Source: an uncultured Pseudomonadales bacterium
GTDB taxonomy: Bacteria; Pseudomonadota; Gammaproteobacteria; Pseudomonadales; Azotimanducaceae
Assembly: GCA_958296405.1 (NCBI GenBank)
Contig: OY282519.1
Location: forward strand, 726,132-790,131
Direction of reading: 5' to 3'
Length of the DNA stretch: 64,000 nucleotides
The notes under the pieces are model-generated. The model saw only the letters and a program-made list of their open reading frames with translations. It was not told the DNA's origin and did no database searches. Shown piece by piece: positions 17,606-28,709 of this stretch. A program made the translations under genes and the position numbers. The first letter of the stretch is position 1. Each line of letters opens with the position of its first letter.

Positions 17606-20296
17606 ATGTCAGATGATGAGAAGCCGCTGTTGCTCGTTGACGGCTCCTCGTACCTGTTCCGCGCCTTCCACGCGCTGCCGAACCTGACGGCGGCGGATGA
17701 CTTCCCGACCGGCGCCCTGTACGGCGTGGTCAACATGCTCCGCAAGCTCGCCAAGGACTATGCCGGCAGCCCGGTGGCCGTGGTGTTCGACGCCTCCGGC
17801 AAGACTTTCCGCAACGACATCTATCCAGAGTACAAGGCGAATCGGCCGCGGATGCCGGACGAGCTGCGCTGCCAGGTCGAGCCGATTCACGAGACGATCA
17901 AAGCGCTCGGCATGCCGCTGCTCATCGTGCCCGGCGTTGAGGCGGATGACGTCATCGGCACGCTGGCGCGCCAAGCCGACGCGGCCAAGCGGCGCACCGT
18001 CATCTCCACTTCCGACAAAGACATGGCGCAACTCGTCAGCCAGACGGTCACCCTCGTCAACACCATGAGCGACCAGACGCTGGACCGGGGCGGGGTGGAA
18101 GCGAAGTATGGCGTTCCGCCGGAGCGCATCGTGGACTATCTGGCGCTGATGGGCGACAGCGTGGACAACATCCCGGGGGTGCCGAAGGTGGGGCCGAAGA
18201 CCGCGGCGAAGTGGCTCAAGACGTTCGGCAGCCTTGATGCGGTGATCGCCCGTGCCGGGGAAGTGAAGGGCAAGATCGGCGAGAGCCTGCGCGAGGCGCT
18301 GGATCAATTGCCGCTGTCGCGGCATCTTGCAACGATTCGTTGCGACGTGGAACTGCCGGTGGCGCTTGCGGACTTGGTGCCGCGGCCCGTGGACGTCGAT
18401 GCCTTGGCCGCGCTGTTCGAACGCTATGACTTCCGCGTGTGGCTCGCCGAGCTCGGCGTGCCGAGCGCCGCGCCGGAACCGGCCATCGCGCGGGACTATG
18501 TCCGCATCGACTCGCTGGAGGCGCTTGAGGATTGGTGCGCGAGGTTGCGCGCTGCCGGCACATTTGCCTTCGCGATGCACACCGGGCCGCGTCACTACAT
18601 GGATGCGGACATCGTTGGCCTTTCCTTCGCCGCCGAGGCCGGCAAGGCGGCGTACCTGCCACTTGGCCATGATCTTGCCGGCGCCGAGCAGGTGGCGCTT
18701 GCCGATGCGTTGCGCGTCCTCACGCCGCTGTTGGAAGACGCATCGATCCGCAAGGTGGGGCAAGACCTCAAGTTCGCCGTCAACGTGCTGGCGAACCACG
18801 GCATCGCCCTGGCTGGGGCGGACTACGACACCATGCTCGAATCCTACGTCTTCGACAGCGTGGCAACGCGCCGCCACAGCTTGGAGGACCTGTCGGCCAA
18901 GCATTTGGGCCTGCAGGCGGCGCGCTATGACGATCTCGCCGGGCGGGGTGCCAAGCGGTTGGAGTTTGCCGCGGTGGCGGTGGACCAAGCCGTCCATTAC
19001 GCGGCCGAGCGGGCAGACTTGGCGTTGCGCCTGCATGAGGCGCTGTGGCCGAAGCTCACAGCCAGGGGCCGCCTGCAGGCGATCTATGCGGACATCGAAC
19101 GGCCGCTGATGCCGGTGCTGGCCCGCGTCGAGCGCGCCGGCGCGTTGGTGGACGCGAAGCGTCTGGCGGAGCATGGCCGAGAACTTCAGGAACGGTTGCA
19201 GACGCTTGCCGAGCAGGCTTACGCGGAGGCCGGGCGGCCCTTCAACTTGGGCTCGCCGAAGCAACTGCAGGAGGTGCTCTACGACGAACTGGCGCTGCCA
19301 GTGCTGCAGAAGACGCAGACCGGCCAGCGCTCCACGGCGGAAACCGCCTTGGAGGAACTGGCGCAGGACCATCTGCTGCCACGCCTCATTCTGGACCACC
19401 GGCGCCTCGCTAAGCTGAAGTCCACCTACCTCGATGCGCTGCCCAAGCAAATCAAGCAGCGCACCGGCCGCGTCCACACCACCTATGGGCAGGCCGTGGC
19501 CGCCACCGGCCGCCTCGCCTCGCAGGATCCGAACTTGCAGAACATCCCCATCCGCACCGCGGAAGGGCGCCGCATCCGGGCGGCATTCGTGGCGCCGCCG
19601 GGGTGCAAGCTCGTCGCCGCGGACTATTCCCAGATCGAACTGCGCATCATGGCGCACCTCTCTGGCGACGATGGCTTGCGGCGCGCCTTTCGTGAAGGCC
19701 AAGACGTGCATCGCGCCACCGCTGCGGAAGTGTTTGGCCGCGCGCCGCAAGCTGTGAGCGAAGATGAGCGGCGCAGCGCCAAGACCATCAACTTCGGCCT
19801 CATCTACGGCATGTCGGCCTTCGGCTTGGCGCGCGAGCTGAGCGTCCCTCGCGGCGTGGCGCAGGGCTACATCGACCGCTACTTCGAGCGCTATCCGGAC
19901 GTGCGCGATTACATGCAAGGCATCCGCAGCCAAGCTCGGGAGACGGGTTTCGTGGAAACGGCGTACGGCCGGCGGCTCTACCTGCCGGACATCCGCGCCC
20001 GGCAGGTGGGCCGCCGCCAAGCAGCCGAGCGCACGGCCATCAACGCGCCCATGCAGGGCACCGCCGCGGACGTCATCAAGCGCGCCATGATCGCCGTGGA
20101 CGCATGGCTTGCCACCGCCGGCCTGCCGGCGCGCATGGTCATGCAGGTGCATGACGAGCTGGTTTTCGAGGTGGCGGAGGATGCGGTGGACGCGCTCGTG
20201 AAGGGCGCAGTTGAGCGCATGGAAGCGGCGGCGGACCTGTCCGTGGGGTTGGTGGTGGATGTGGGCGTTGGCGACAACTGGGATCAAGCCCACTAG
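17606..20296 (+). CDS. polA: DNA polymerase I
   Basis: 896 aa, preceded by a GGGGGGAGG Shine-Dalgarno. Has the 5' nuclease N-terminus (LLLVDGSSYLFRAFHA), a 3'-5' exonuclease region and polymerase motifs (DYSQIELRIMAH, RRSAKTINFGLIYG, QVHDELVFE). Confidence 0.97.
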   Translation: MSDDEKPLLLVDGSSYLFRAFHALPNLTAADDFPTGALYGVVNMLRKLAKDYAGSPVAVVFDASGKTFRNDIYPEYKANRPRMPDELRCQVEPIHETIKALGMPLLIVPGVEADDVIGTLARQADAAKRRTVISTSDKDMAQLVSQTVTLVNTMSDQTLDRGGVEAKYGVPPERIVDYLALMGDSVDNIPGVPKVGPKTAAKWLKTFGSLDAVIARAGEVKGKIGESLREALDQLPLSRHLATIRCDVELPVALADLVPRPVDVDALAALFERYDFRVWLAELGVPSAAPEPAIARDYVRIDSLEALEDWCARLRAAGTFAFAMHTGPRHYMDADIVGLSFAAEAGKAAYLPLGHDLAGAEQVALADALRVLTPLLEDASIRKVGQDLKFAVNVLANHGIALAGADYDTMLESYVFDSVATRRHSLEDLSAKHLGLQAARYDDLAGRGAKRLEFAAVAVDQAVHYAAERADLALRLHEALWPKLTARGRLQAIYADIERPLMPVLARVERAGALVDAKRLAEHGRELQERLQTLAEQAYAEAGRPFNLGSPKQLQEVLYDELALPVLQKTQTGQRSTAETALEELAQDHLLPRLILDHRRLAKLKSTYLDALPKQIKQRTGRVHTTYGQAVAATGRLASQDPNLQNIPIRTAEGRRIRAAFVAPPGCKLVAADYSQIELRIMAHLSGDDGLRRAFREGQDVHRATAAEVFGRAPQAVSEDERRSAKTINFGLIYGMSAFGLARELSVPRGVAQGYIDRYFERYPDVRDYMQGIRSQARETGFVETAYGRRLYLPDIRARQVGRRQAAERTAINAPMQGTAADVIKRAMIAVDAWLATAGLPARMVMQVHDELVFEVAEDAVDALVKGAVERMEAAADLSVGLVVDVGVGDNWDQAH

Positions 20297-20400
20297 CCTG
20301 CTCGCCCGTTAGCCCAATACGAGCAGGTCGTGCCAAAGCCGCGGTCTGGCCGCGTTTGCGCCATCGGCTCGCCGCACGTCCTTGGCGGCGCGATTCGCCC

Positions 20401-21006
20401 CTAAGCCTCGGTCGCGGCGTCTCCCGCTGCGAGAAAGGCGGCGATCTGCGCTGTGGCGGCGTCGGCGCCGAGGCCAGTCACCGCGGAGAATGGCACGGCA
20501 ACGGCGTCTTCAAGGGCAGCCACCCGCGCCGCCACGGCCCGCTCCGCTGTCAAACGCGCGCCGTGGCGCAGCTTGTCGCATTTGTTGAGCAAGATGACGA
20601 GCGGTTTGCCGGCGGCCTGCGCCCACGCCAGCAGTTGCTCGTCGAAGGGCTGAAAGGGGCGGCGCGCGTCCATGATGAGCACCACCGCCGCCAAGCTCGC
20701 CCGATGCGAGAGATAGTCGTCGATGGCTTTGCTCCAGCGTTGGCGGCTGTCCTTGCTCGCGTTCGCATAGCCATAGCCGGGCAAGTCCACGAGGCGGCCG
20801 CCGCCGGCGACGGCGAAGAAGTTGATGAGCCGCGTGCGCCCAGGCGTTTTGCTGACGCGGGCCAAGCGCCGCGCCCCGGCGAGGCGATTCAAGGCGCTGG
20901 ACTTGCCGGCGTTCGAGCGCCCGACGAACGCCACCTCCGGCTCATCGTCGGCGGGGCACTGCGCGAGCGTTGCGGCGCTGGTGAGGAAATGCGCGGACAG
21001 GGCCAT
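20401..21006 (-). CDS. engB: Ribosome biogenesis GTPase EngB/YihA
   Basis: GRSNAGKSS (G1), DLPGYGYA (G3) and LLNKCDKL (G4). Conserved neighbour of polA and cytochrome c4. Confidence 0.9.
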   Translation of the reverse strand: MALSAHFLTSAATLAQCPADDEPEVAFVGRSNAGKSSALNRLAGARRLARVSKTPGRTRLINFFAVAGGGRLVDLPGYGYANASKDSRQRWSKAIDDYLSHRASLAAVVLIMDARRPFQPFDEQLLAWAQAAGKPLVILLNKCDKLRHGARLTAERAVAARVAALEDAVAVPFSAVTGLGADAATAQIAAFLAAGDAATEA

Positions 21007-21100
21007 GCGCGGTATACTCCCATTGCGGCGCTGCGCGGCAGTTTAGCGGCTCGCGCGCGCAAATTTGGGCTAGATTGATTTGGGCTGGAGCGCTCTCCAC

Positions 21101-21694
21101 ATGCGTTTTCTCCGATGGGTGGCTGCGCTGGGGTTGGCCGCCGTTTGCTCGGCGGCGGACGTCGACACCCTCATTCTGCCTTGCGCGGCTTGCCACGGGC
21201 AGGATGGCGCCTCCGGCATCGCGCCGGATTACCCGAACTTGGCCGGGCAGAACGAGCGCTATCTCTTCGAGCAACTGCTCATGATCAAGTCTGGCGAACG
21301 CCCGGCGCCGCTCATGGCCGGGCAACTCAACCATCTCTCTGAAGAAGATTTGGCGGCCATGTCTGCGTACTACGCCGCGCTGCCGGCGCAGGTGGGCCGC
21401 TCTGCGCCAGAGACCGTGGATGCCGGCATGCACATCTATCGAGGCGGGGTGATGGCGAAGGGCGTCGCCGCCTGCACCGCTTGCCATTCGCCCACGGGCG
21501 CCGGCAACGCCCCCGCTGGGTTTCCGATGCTCTCTGGGCAGCGGTTCGATTACGTCGTGGCGCAGCTCATCGCCTATCGGGAAGGCCAACGCAAGACGGA
21601 CGAAGCCCACGGCGCGATGATGCGCCAAGTGGCCGCCCGGCTGACGGACACGGAAATCCGCGCCGTTGCCAACTATGTCCAAGGGCTGCATTGA
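21101..21694 (+). CDS. Diheme cytochrome c4
   Basis: Signal peptide MRFLRWVAALGLAAVCSA and two CxxCH haem sites (CAACHG, CTACHS), each followed by a distal Met region. ~197 aa. Confidence 0.85.
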   Translation: MRFLRWVAALGLAAVCSAADVDTLILPCAACHGQDGASGIAPDYPNLAGQNERYLFEQLLMIKSGERPAPLMAGQLNHLSEEDLAAMSAYYAALPAQVGRSAPETVDAGMHIYRGGVMAKGVAACTACHSPTGAGNAPAGFPMLSGQRFDYVVAQLIAYREGQRKTDEAHGAMMRQVAARLTDTEIRAVANYVQGLH

Positions 21695-21735
21695 AACGCC
21701 AGCCGGGGCGGGTTCGTTGGCGCCAAGCGTTGACC

Positions 21736-22386
21736 ATGCTGCCGGCGTTCGCCGGCTTTGCTTTGTTGGGCGTCTTTGCGGCGCCGGTTGCCGCGCAGGA
21801 GTTTGAGGCCGGCCGCCACTACGACGTGTTGCCCGTGCCGGTGGAGACTGCCGGCGGCGACGCTGTGGAAGTCGTCGAGGTGTTCTCCTACGCCTGCGTG
21901 CATTGTTACAACTTCGATCCCCTGGTTGCGGCGTGGGAGCGCCGCCAACCGGCGGACGTGCGTTTCGAGCGGTTGCCGGCGCCGATCAACCCGGTTTGGG
22001 AACAGCTTGCGCGCGTCTATTACGCGGCCGAAGCGTTGGGCGTGACCGACGCGCTGCACATGCCGATGTTTGAGGCCATCCATGTGCATCGGGTGGACGT
22101 CCGCGATGAGCAACTGGTGGCGCGCATCTTCGGGCGCTACGCGGAGGTCGAGCCGGAGGCGTTTCAGAGCGCCTACGAATCCTTCGGCGTGGACACGCGG
22201 GTGCGCCAAGCCGCAGCGATGAGCCGCGCTTACCGCATCACCGCGGTGCCGACGCTGATCGTGGCCGGCAAGTACCGCATCGAGGCGAACCTGGCCGGCA
22301 GCTTGGAACGGATGCTGGACGTGGTGGATTTCCTCGTCGCCAAAGAGCGTTCCGAAGCTAACCTGGAGTCCACGCCGCAAGCGTAA
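21736..22386 (+). CDS. dsbA: Thiol:disulfide interchange protein DsbA
   Basis: Thioredoxin-fold CxxC (FSYACVHCYNF) and C-terminal VPTLIVAGKY. The start is either ATG 21736 or in-frame TTG 21691. TTG 21691 overlaps the c4 stop and adds a positively charged n-region (KRQPGRVRWRQ) to the signal peptide. Confidence 0.85.
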   Translation: MLPAFAGFALLGVFAAPVAAQEFEAGRHYDVLPVPVETAGGDAVEVVEVFSYACVHCYNFDPLVAAWERRQPADVRFERLPAPINPVWEQLARVYYAAEALGVTDALHMPMFEAIHVHRVDVRDEQLVARIFGRYAEVEPEAFQSAYESFGVDTRVRQAAAMSRAYRITAVPTLIVAGKYRIEANLAGSLERMLDVVDFLVAKERSEANLESTPQA

Positions 22387-22417
22387 TCGGCGTTGGCAAT
22401 CGGGTATTCTGCCGCGC

Positions 22418-25063
<2,646 letters not shown>

Positions 25064-25089
25064 GCCAAAACGCGCGCGTGGTTCCTTGC

Positions 25090-26310
25090 ATGGCGCGAGT
25101 GCTGCCGTTGACGCTCGTTTTGGGCCTCTGCTGCTTCGGCGCCCCCGCGGGCGCCGAAGCAGCTCGCCAAAACGCGCCGGCCGTGCTCCTGCAGGACATG
25201 AGCAAGGCATTCAGCGAAGGGGACTTTGAAGGCAGTTGGCGCAGCCTTCGGCGCTTCTTCGAGAGCGCCCCGCCGGACGAGATGGAGCGTCTGATGTCGG
25301 CCCATTGCTGGGGCGACCAGCGGGCCACGCTCGTCGCCGTGTGTCCACCCGTCGATTTCCTGGCTTGGTTGACAGGGCAGACCGCGGCGGACTTCGGCTT
25401 CGTGGACCGCCTCTGTGAGGTTCGCCGGGACGAGCCGGATGGGTTTGCGTGGCGAGCGGGATGGTCCTGCGATCGGCTGGCCCTCCTCCTCACCAAGCAT
25501 CGGAACGTGTTGTCGTCCAGCTCCCCTCCGTTGCGGAGCGGACGCATGGGGATGAGCCGCCCGAACCAGAGCGAAGCGCGGCGGGTGGCCATCGCCGGTT
25601 GGGAGCACTGGACCTTCTGGGCGCTGCTGGACACGGGGGCCCCCATTACGTCCGTCCCGCGGACAGCTCTGGAATGGGGTGGCGACCGCCTGGAGCGCCT
25701 TGGCACCTCAGTGGCCATCGCTGGGTTCGACGGCGTGGCATGGAACCGGGAACAAGTGCTTCTGCGCGACTTTGGCGGCCCGGGGATGGCGCCGGGTGAC
25801 TTGCCAGCTACAGTGGCGGCCCCGTGGATGCCAGATGGGCTTGGGATCATCGGCATGAACGCGCTGATCCGATTTGAAGCCATGTGCTTTTCGTGGCGGG
25901 ACGAGGTGCTTCATCTGGGCGAGCTCGGTCCATGCGGCGAAGGCGTGCAGCCTCATCGGGCGTGGCTTTCCGGCACCGCGACGCCAATGGTGGCCATAGA
26001 GCGGGCCGGGGCACCGCCGATTCGGGTGTTCATCGACACTGGCGCGCCTTCCACCCACTGCGCGGAAGGCGTGGCCCGCGCCGACGACGTCGTTGGGGAG
26101 CTTCGATTCGGCGACCATCCGGACATGGCGCTGTCATGCGGACACGAGCCGCCTCCCGAATCCGGCAGTTGGCTGAGGCATGCCGATGTGCTCGCGGGAA
26201 TGGAGTTGCTCGCCCGCTTCGACGCCTTCGGCCGGCGGCTCAACCCGTTCGAGATGTACTTCGTCCCCAAGCGGGAGCGCGACGTTGCCCCGGTCGATTC
26301 GGGGGCGTGA
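25090..26310 (+). CDS. Secreted Cys-rich protein with two retropepsin-like (DTGA) domains, paralogue A
   Basis: ATG 25090 gives the signal-like MARVLPLTLVLGLCCFGAPAGAEA. There are two D-T-G-A motifs, at aa 181-184 (nt 25630) and aa 316-319 (nt 26035). Each has a hydrophobic strand before it and a G-[IM]-x-x-L block after it (GIIGMNALIRF; LAGMELLARF), as in clan AA retropepsin-like domains. The mature part has 8 Cys. The ORF-track start at 24946 lies inside aceE. Confidence 0.75.
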   Translation: MARVLPLTLVLGLCCFGAPAGAEAARQNAPAVLLQDMSKAFSEGDFEGSWRSLRRFFESAPPDEMERLMSAHCWGDQRATLVAVCPPVDFLAWLTGQTAADFGFVDRLCEVRRDEPDGFAWRAGWSCDRLALLLTKHRNVLSSSSPPLRSGRMGMSRPNQSEARRVAIAGWEHWTFWALLDTGAPITSVPRTALEWGGDRLERLGTSVAIAGFDGVAWNREQVLLRDFGGPGMAPGDLPATVAAPWMPDGLGIIGMNALIRFEAMCFSWRDEVLHLGELGPCGEGVQPHRAWLSGTATPMVAIERAGAPPIRVFIDTGAPSTHCAEGVARADDVVGELRFGDHPDMALSCGHEPPPESGSWLRHADVLAGMELLARFDAFGRRLNPFEMYFVPKRERDVAPVDSGA

Positions 26311-26482
26311 ACAGCCGCCACCCCCGCCTCCTCCCCCAGATCCCTAGGAGCCGGAGGATCCCAAGGATCGCGAGAGTTGAGGCACGCATAGCGGGCTTTT
26401 TTGGTGGGCCTAGAAGTGGAGTGTTGATCGTTGGCATGGAAGCATGCGGGGTTCTGAAATGCCGCACGGTGTTGTAGGGCGC

Positions 26483-27709
26483 GTGGCCCGATTGCTGCCG
26501 TTGACGCTCGCTTTGGGCCTCTGCTGCTTCGGCGCCCCCGCGGGCGCCGAAGCAGCTCGCCAAGACGCGCCGGCCGTGCTCCTGCAGGACATGAGCGAGG
26601 CATTCAGCGAGGGGGACTTTGAAGGCAGTTGGCGCAGCCTTCGGCGCTTCTTCGAGAGCGCCCCGCCGGACGAGGCGGAGCGTCTGATGTCGGCCCATTG
26701 CTGGGGCGGCCAGCGGGCCACGCTCGTCGCCGTGTGTCCACCCGTCGACTTCCTGGCTTGGTTGACAGGGCAGACCGCGGCGGACTTCGGCTTCGTGGAC
26801 CGCCTCTGTGAGGTTCGCCGGGACGAGCCGGATGGGTTTGCGTGGCGAGCGGGATGGTCCTGCGATCGGCTGGCCCTCCTCCTCACCAAGCATCGGAACG
26901 TGTTGTCGTCCAGCTCCCCTCCGTTGCGGAGCGGACGCATGGGGATGAGCCGCCCGAACCGGAGCGAAGCGCGGCGGGTGGCCATCGCCGGTTGGGAGCA
27001 CTGGACCTTCTGGGCGCTGCTGGACACGGGGGCCCCCATTACGTCCGTCCCGCGGACAGCTCTGGAATGGGGTGGCGACCGCGTGGAGCGCCTTGGCACT
27101 TCAGTGGCCATCATTGGATTCGACGGCGTAGTCGTGAACCGGGAACGAGTGCTTCTGCGCGACTTTGGCGGCCCGGGGATGGCGCCGGGTGACTTGCCAG
27201 CTACAGTGGCGGCCCCGTCGATGCCACATGGGCTTGGCATCATCGGCATGAACGCGCTGATCCGATTTGAAGCGGTGTGCTTTTCGTGGCGGGACGAGGT
27301 GCTTCATCTGGGCGAGCTCGGCCCATGCGGCGAAGGCGCGCGGCCTCATCGGGCGTGGCTTTCCGGCGGCGTGACGCCAGTGGTGGCCATAGAGCGGGCC
27401 GGGGCGCCGCCGATTCGGGTGCTCATCGACACTGGCGCAATTTTCCCCACGGACTGCGCGAAAGGCGTGGCCCGCGCCGACGACGTCGACGTTGGGGAGC
27501 TCCGATTCGGCGACCATCCGGACATGGCGCTGTCATGCGGACACGAGCCGCCGCCCGAATCCGCCGGTTGGCTGATGCATGGCGATGTGCTTGCGGGGAT
27601 GGAGTTGCTCGCCCGCTTCGACGCCTTCGGCTGGCGGCTCAACCCGTTCGAGATGTACTTCCTCCCCAAGCGGGAGCGCGACGTTGCCCCGGTCGATTCG
27701 GGGGCCTGA
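26483..27709 (+). CDS. Secreted Cys-rich protein with two retropepsin-like (DTGA) domains, paralogue B
   Basis: About 90% identical in protein to paralogue A (by eye). DTGA motifs start at nt 27023 and 27428. GTG 26483 aligns with the ATG of copy A. In-frame ATGs at 26444 and 26459 are alternative starts. Confidence 0.75.
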   Translation: MARLLPLTLALGLCCFGAPAGAEAARQDAPAVLLQDMSEAFSEGDFEGSWRSLRRFFESAPPDEAERLMSAHCWGGQRATLVAVCPPVDFLAWLTGQTAADFGFVDRLCEVRRDEPDGFAWRAGWSCDRLALLLTKHRNVLSSSSPPLRSGRMGMSRPNRSEARRVAIAGWEHWTFWALLDTGAPITSVPRTALEWGGDRVERLGTSVAIIGFDGVVVNRERVLLRDFGGPGMAPGDLPATVAAPSMPHGLGIIGMNALIRFEAVCFSWRDEVLHLGELGPCGEGARPHRAWLSGGVTPVVAIERAGAPPIRVLIDTGAIFPTDCAKGVARADDVDVGELRFGDHPDMALSCGHEPPPESAGWLMHGDVLAGMELLARFDAFGWRLNPFEMYFLPKRERDVAPVDSGA

Positions 27710-27802
27710 ACCGGGCGGACGACTTAGCCGTTGTGGTCGAACCTCACCCTTGGGGCCTTTTGAGGATGCGCCCTGGCGAACCGGGGCGACCTGCGCCACC
27801 TT

Positions 27803-28684
27803 CTAACGTCGCCGCGCCGGCCGCCGCTCGCGGGGCTTTGCCCCGGTCATGTCCATCAGCCGCTCGCCGAGGAGTTCCAAATCCTCGTAAGTGGCGTCCA
27901 CGCCGAGTTCCACCGCCTGATTGACGACGATCTGCGACATGGAGAAGCTGCCGCTGGCTGCGTGGATGACGGCGCCGTTGGGCGCGTTTTCCGCGCACAT
28001 GAACAGCACGGCCGGGCTCACCAGCTTGGGATGGCGCTCAGCCGGCGGCGCTTCGACGTCCTCGGCGCGGCCGGGCACGGTGTTGGTCATGCGCGTGGCG
28101 GCGCCCGGCGCCAGCGTGTTGACGCGCACATTGTGGTTCGCTCCCTCAAGGGCGAGCACGTTCATCAGCCCCAACATGCCCATCTTGGCAGCGCCATAGT
28201 TGGATTGGCCGAAATTGCCGAAGATGCCAGAGCCGGAACTCGTCAGCACGATGCGCCCGTAGTTCTGCGCGTACATCAGCGGCCAAGCCGCATGGGTCAC
28301 ATAGGCGGTGCCGTTCAGGTGAACGCTGATGACGAGGTCCCACTCGTCCAAGGTCATGTTCTTGAACGTCTTGTCGCGCAGGATGCCGGCGTTGTTGACG
28401 AGGATGTCGATGCGCCCGAAGGCGTCGATGGCCGTTTGCACGATGGATTGGGCGCCCTCGCGGTCTGAGACGGACGCCTTGTTTGCCACCGCGACGCCGC
28501 CCAAGGCGGCGATTTCCTGCACCACGGCGTCTGCGGCATCGCCGGCGCCGGTGCCATCCACGCTGCCGCCAAGGTCGTTCACCACCACCTTGGCGCCGCG
28601 CTTGGCGAACTCGATGGCGTGGCAGCGCCCAAGGCCACCGCCGGCGCCCGTGACGACGGCTACTTTTCCTTCGAACTCACTCAT
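27803..28684 (-). CDS. Short-chain dehydrogenase/reductase, MFE-2-type (3R)-hydroxyacyl-CoA dehydrogenase-like
   Basis: ATG 28684 is preceded by a GGGAGA Shine-Dalgarno. [28 protein letters not shown] and YGAAKMG (YxxxK) give the pattern typical of the dehydrogenase domain of multifunctional enzyme type 2. Confidence 0.8.
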   Translation of the reverse strand: MSEFEGKVAVVTGAGGGLGRCHAIEFAKRGAKVVVNDLGGSVDGTGAGDAADAVVQEIAALGGVAVANKASVSDREGAQSIVQTAIDAFGRIDILVNNAGILRDKTFKNMTLDEWDLVISVHLNGTAYVTHAAWPLMYAQNYGRIVLTSSGSGIFGNFGQSNYGAAKMGMLGLMNVLALEGANHNVRVNTLAPGAATRMTNTVPGRAEDVEAPPAERHPKLVSPAVLFMCAENAPNGAVIHAASGSFSMSQIVVNQAVELGVDATYEDLELLGERLMDMTGAKPRERRPARRR

Positions 28685-28709
28685 CAATGTCTCCCTGCTT
28701 CGGGGGCGC

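Larger units (their letters stand above)
25090..27709. repeat. Tandem direct repeat of a ~1.22 kb coding unit (offset 1393 nt at the 5' end, 1399 nt at the 3' end)
   Basis: Long identical nucleotide runs (for example ctgccgttgacgctcg..., ctctgctgcttcggcgcccccgcgggcgccgaagcagctcgccaa) recur at 25101 and 26494. Similarity starts at about the start codon and stops at the stop codon. The 172-bp spacer is not repeated. Confidence 0.95.

Noticed and set aside
17609-20293. 894-aa minus-strand ORF mirroring polA.
   Set aside because: It is antisense to a clear DNA polymerase I gene, has no motifs, and shows the same GC-driven artefact.
20297-20327. A hairpin just after polA (cctgctcg-N15-cgagcagg) as a bidirectional intrinsic terminator between polA and engB.
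   Set aside because: The stem is only 8 bp, the loop is 15 nt, and no T/U tract follows on either strand. This is too weak to annotate as a terminator.
25120-25140. A possible lipoprotein lipobox in the signal peptides (LGLCCFG).
   Set aside because: The residue before the Cys is Leu rather than Gly, Ala or Ser, and a good AxA-type signal peptidase I site (AGA/AEA) follows. A lipoprotein call is not justified without a predictor.
25090-27875. A simple recent tandem duplication of one segment as the origin of the paralogue pair.
   Set aside because: A simple head-to-tail duplication would also repeat one flank. The 172-bp spacer (26311-26482) matches neither the sequence before copy A nor the sequence after copy B. 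The paralogy is reported instead as CDS-limited.
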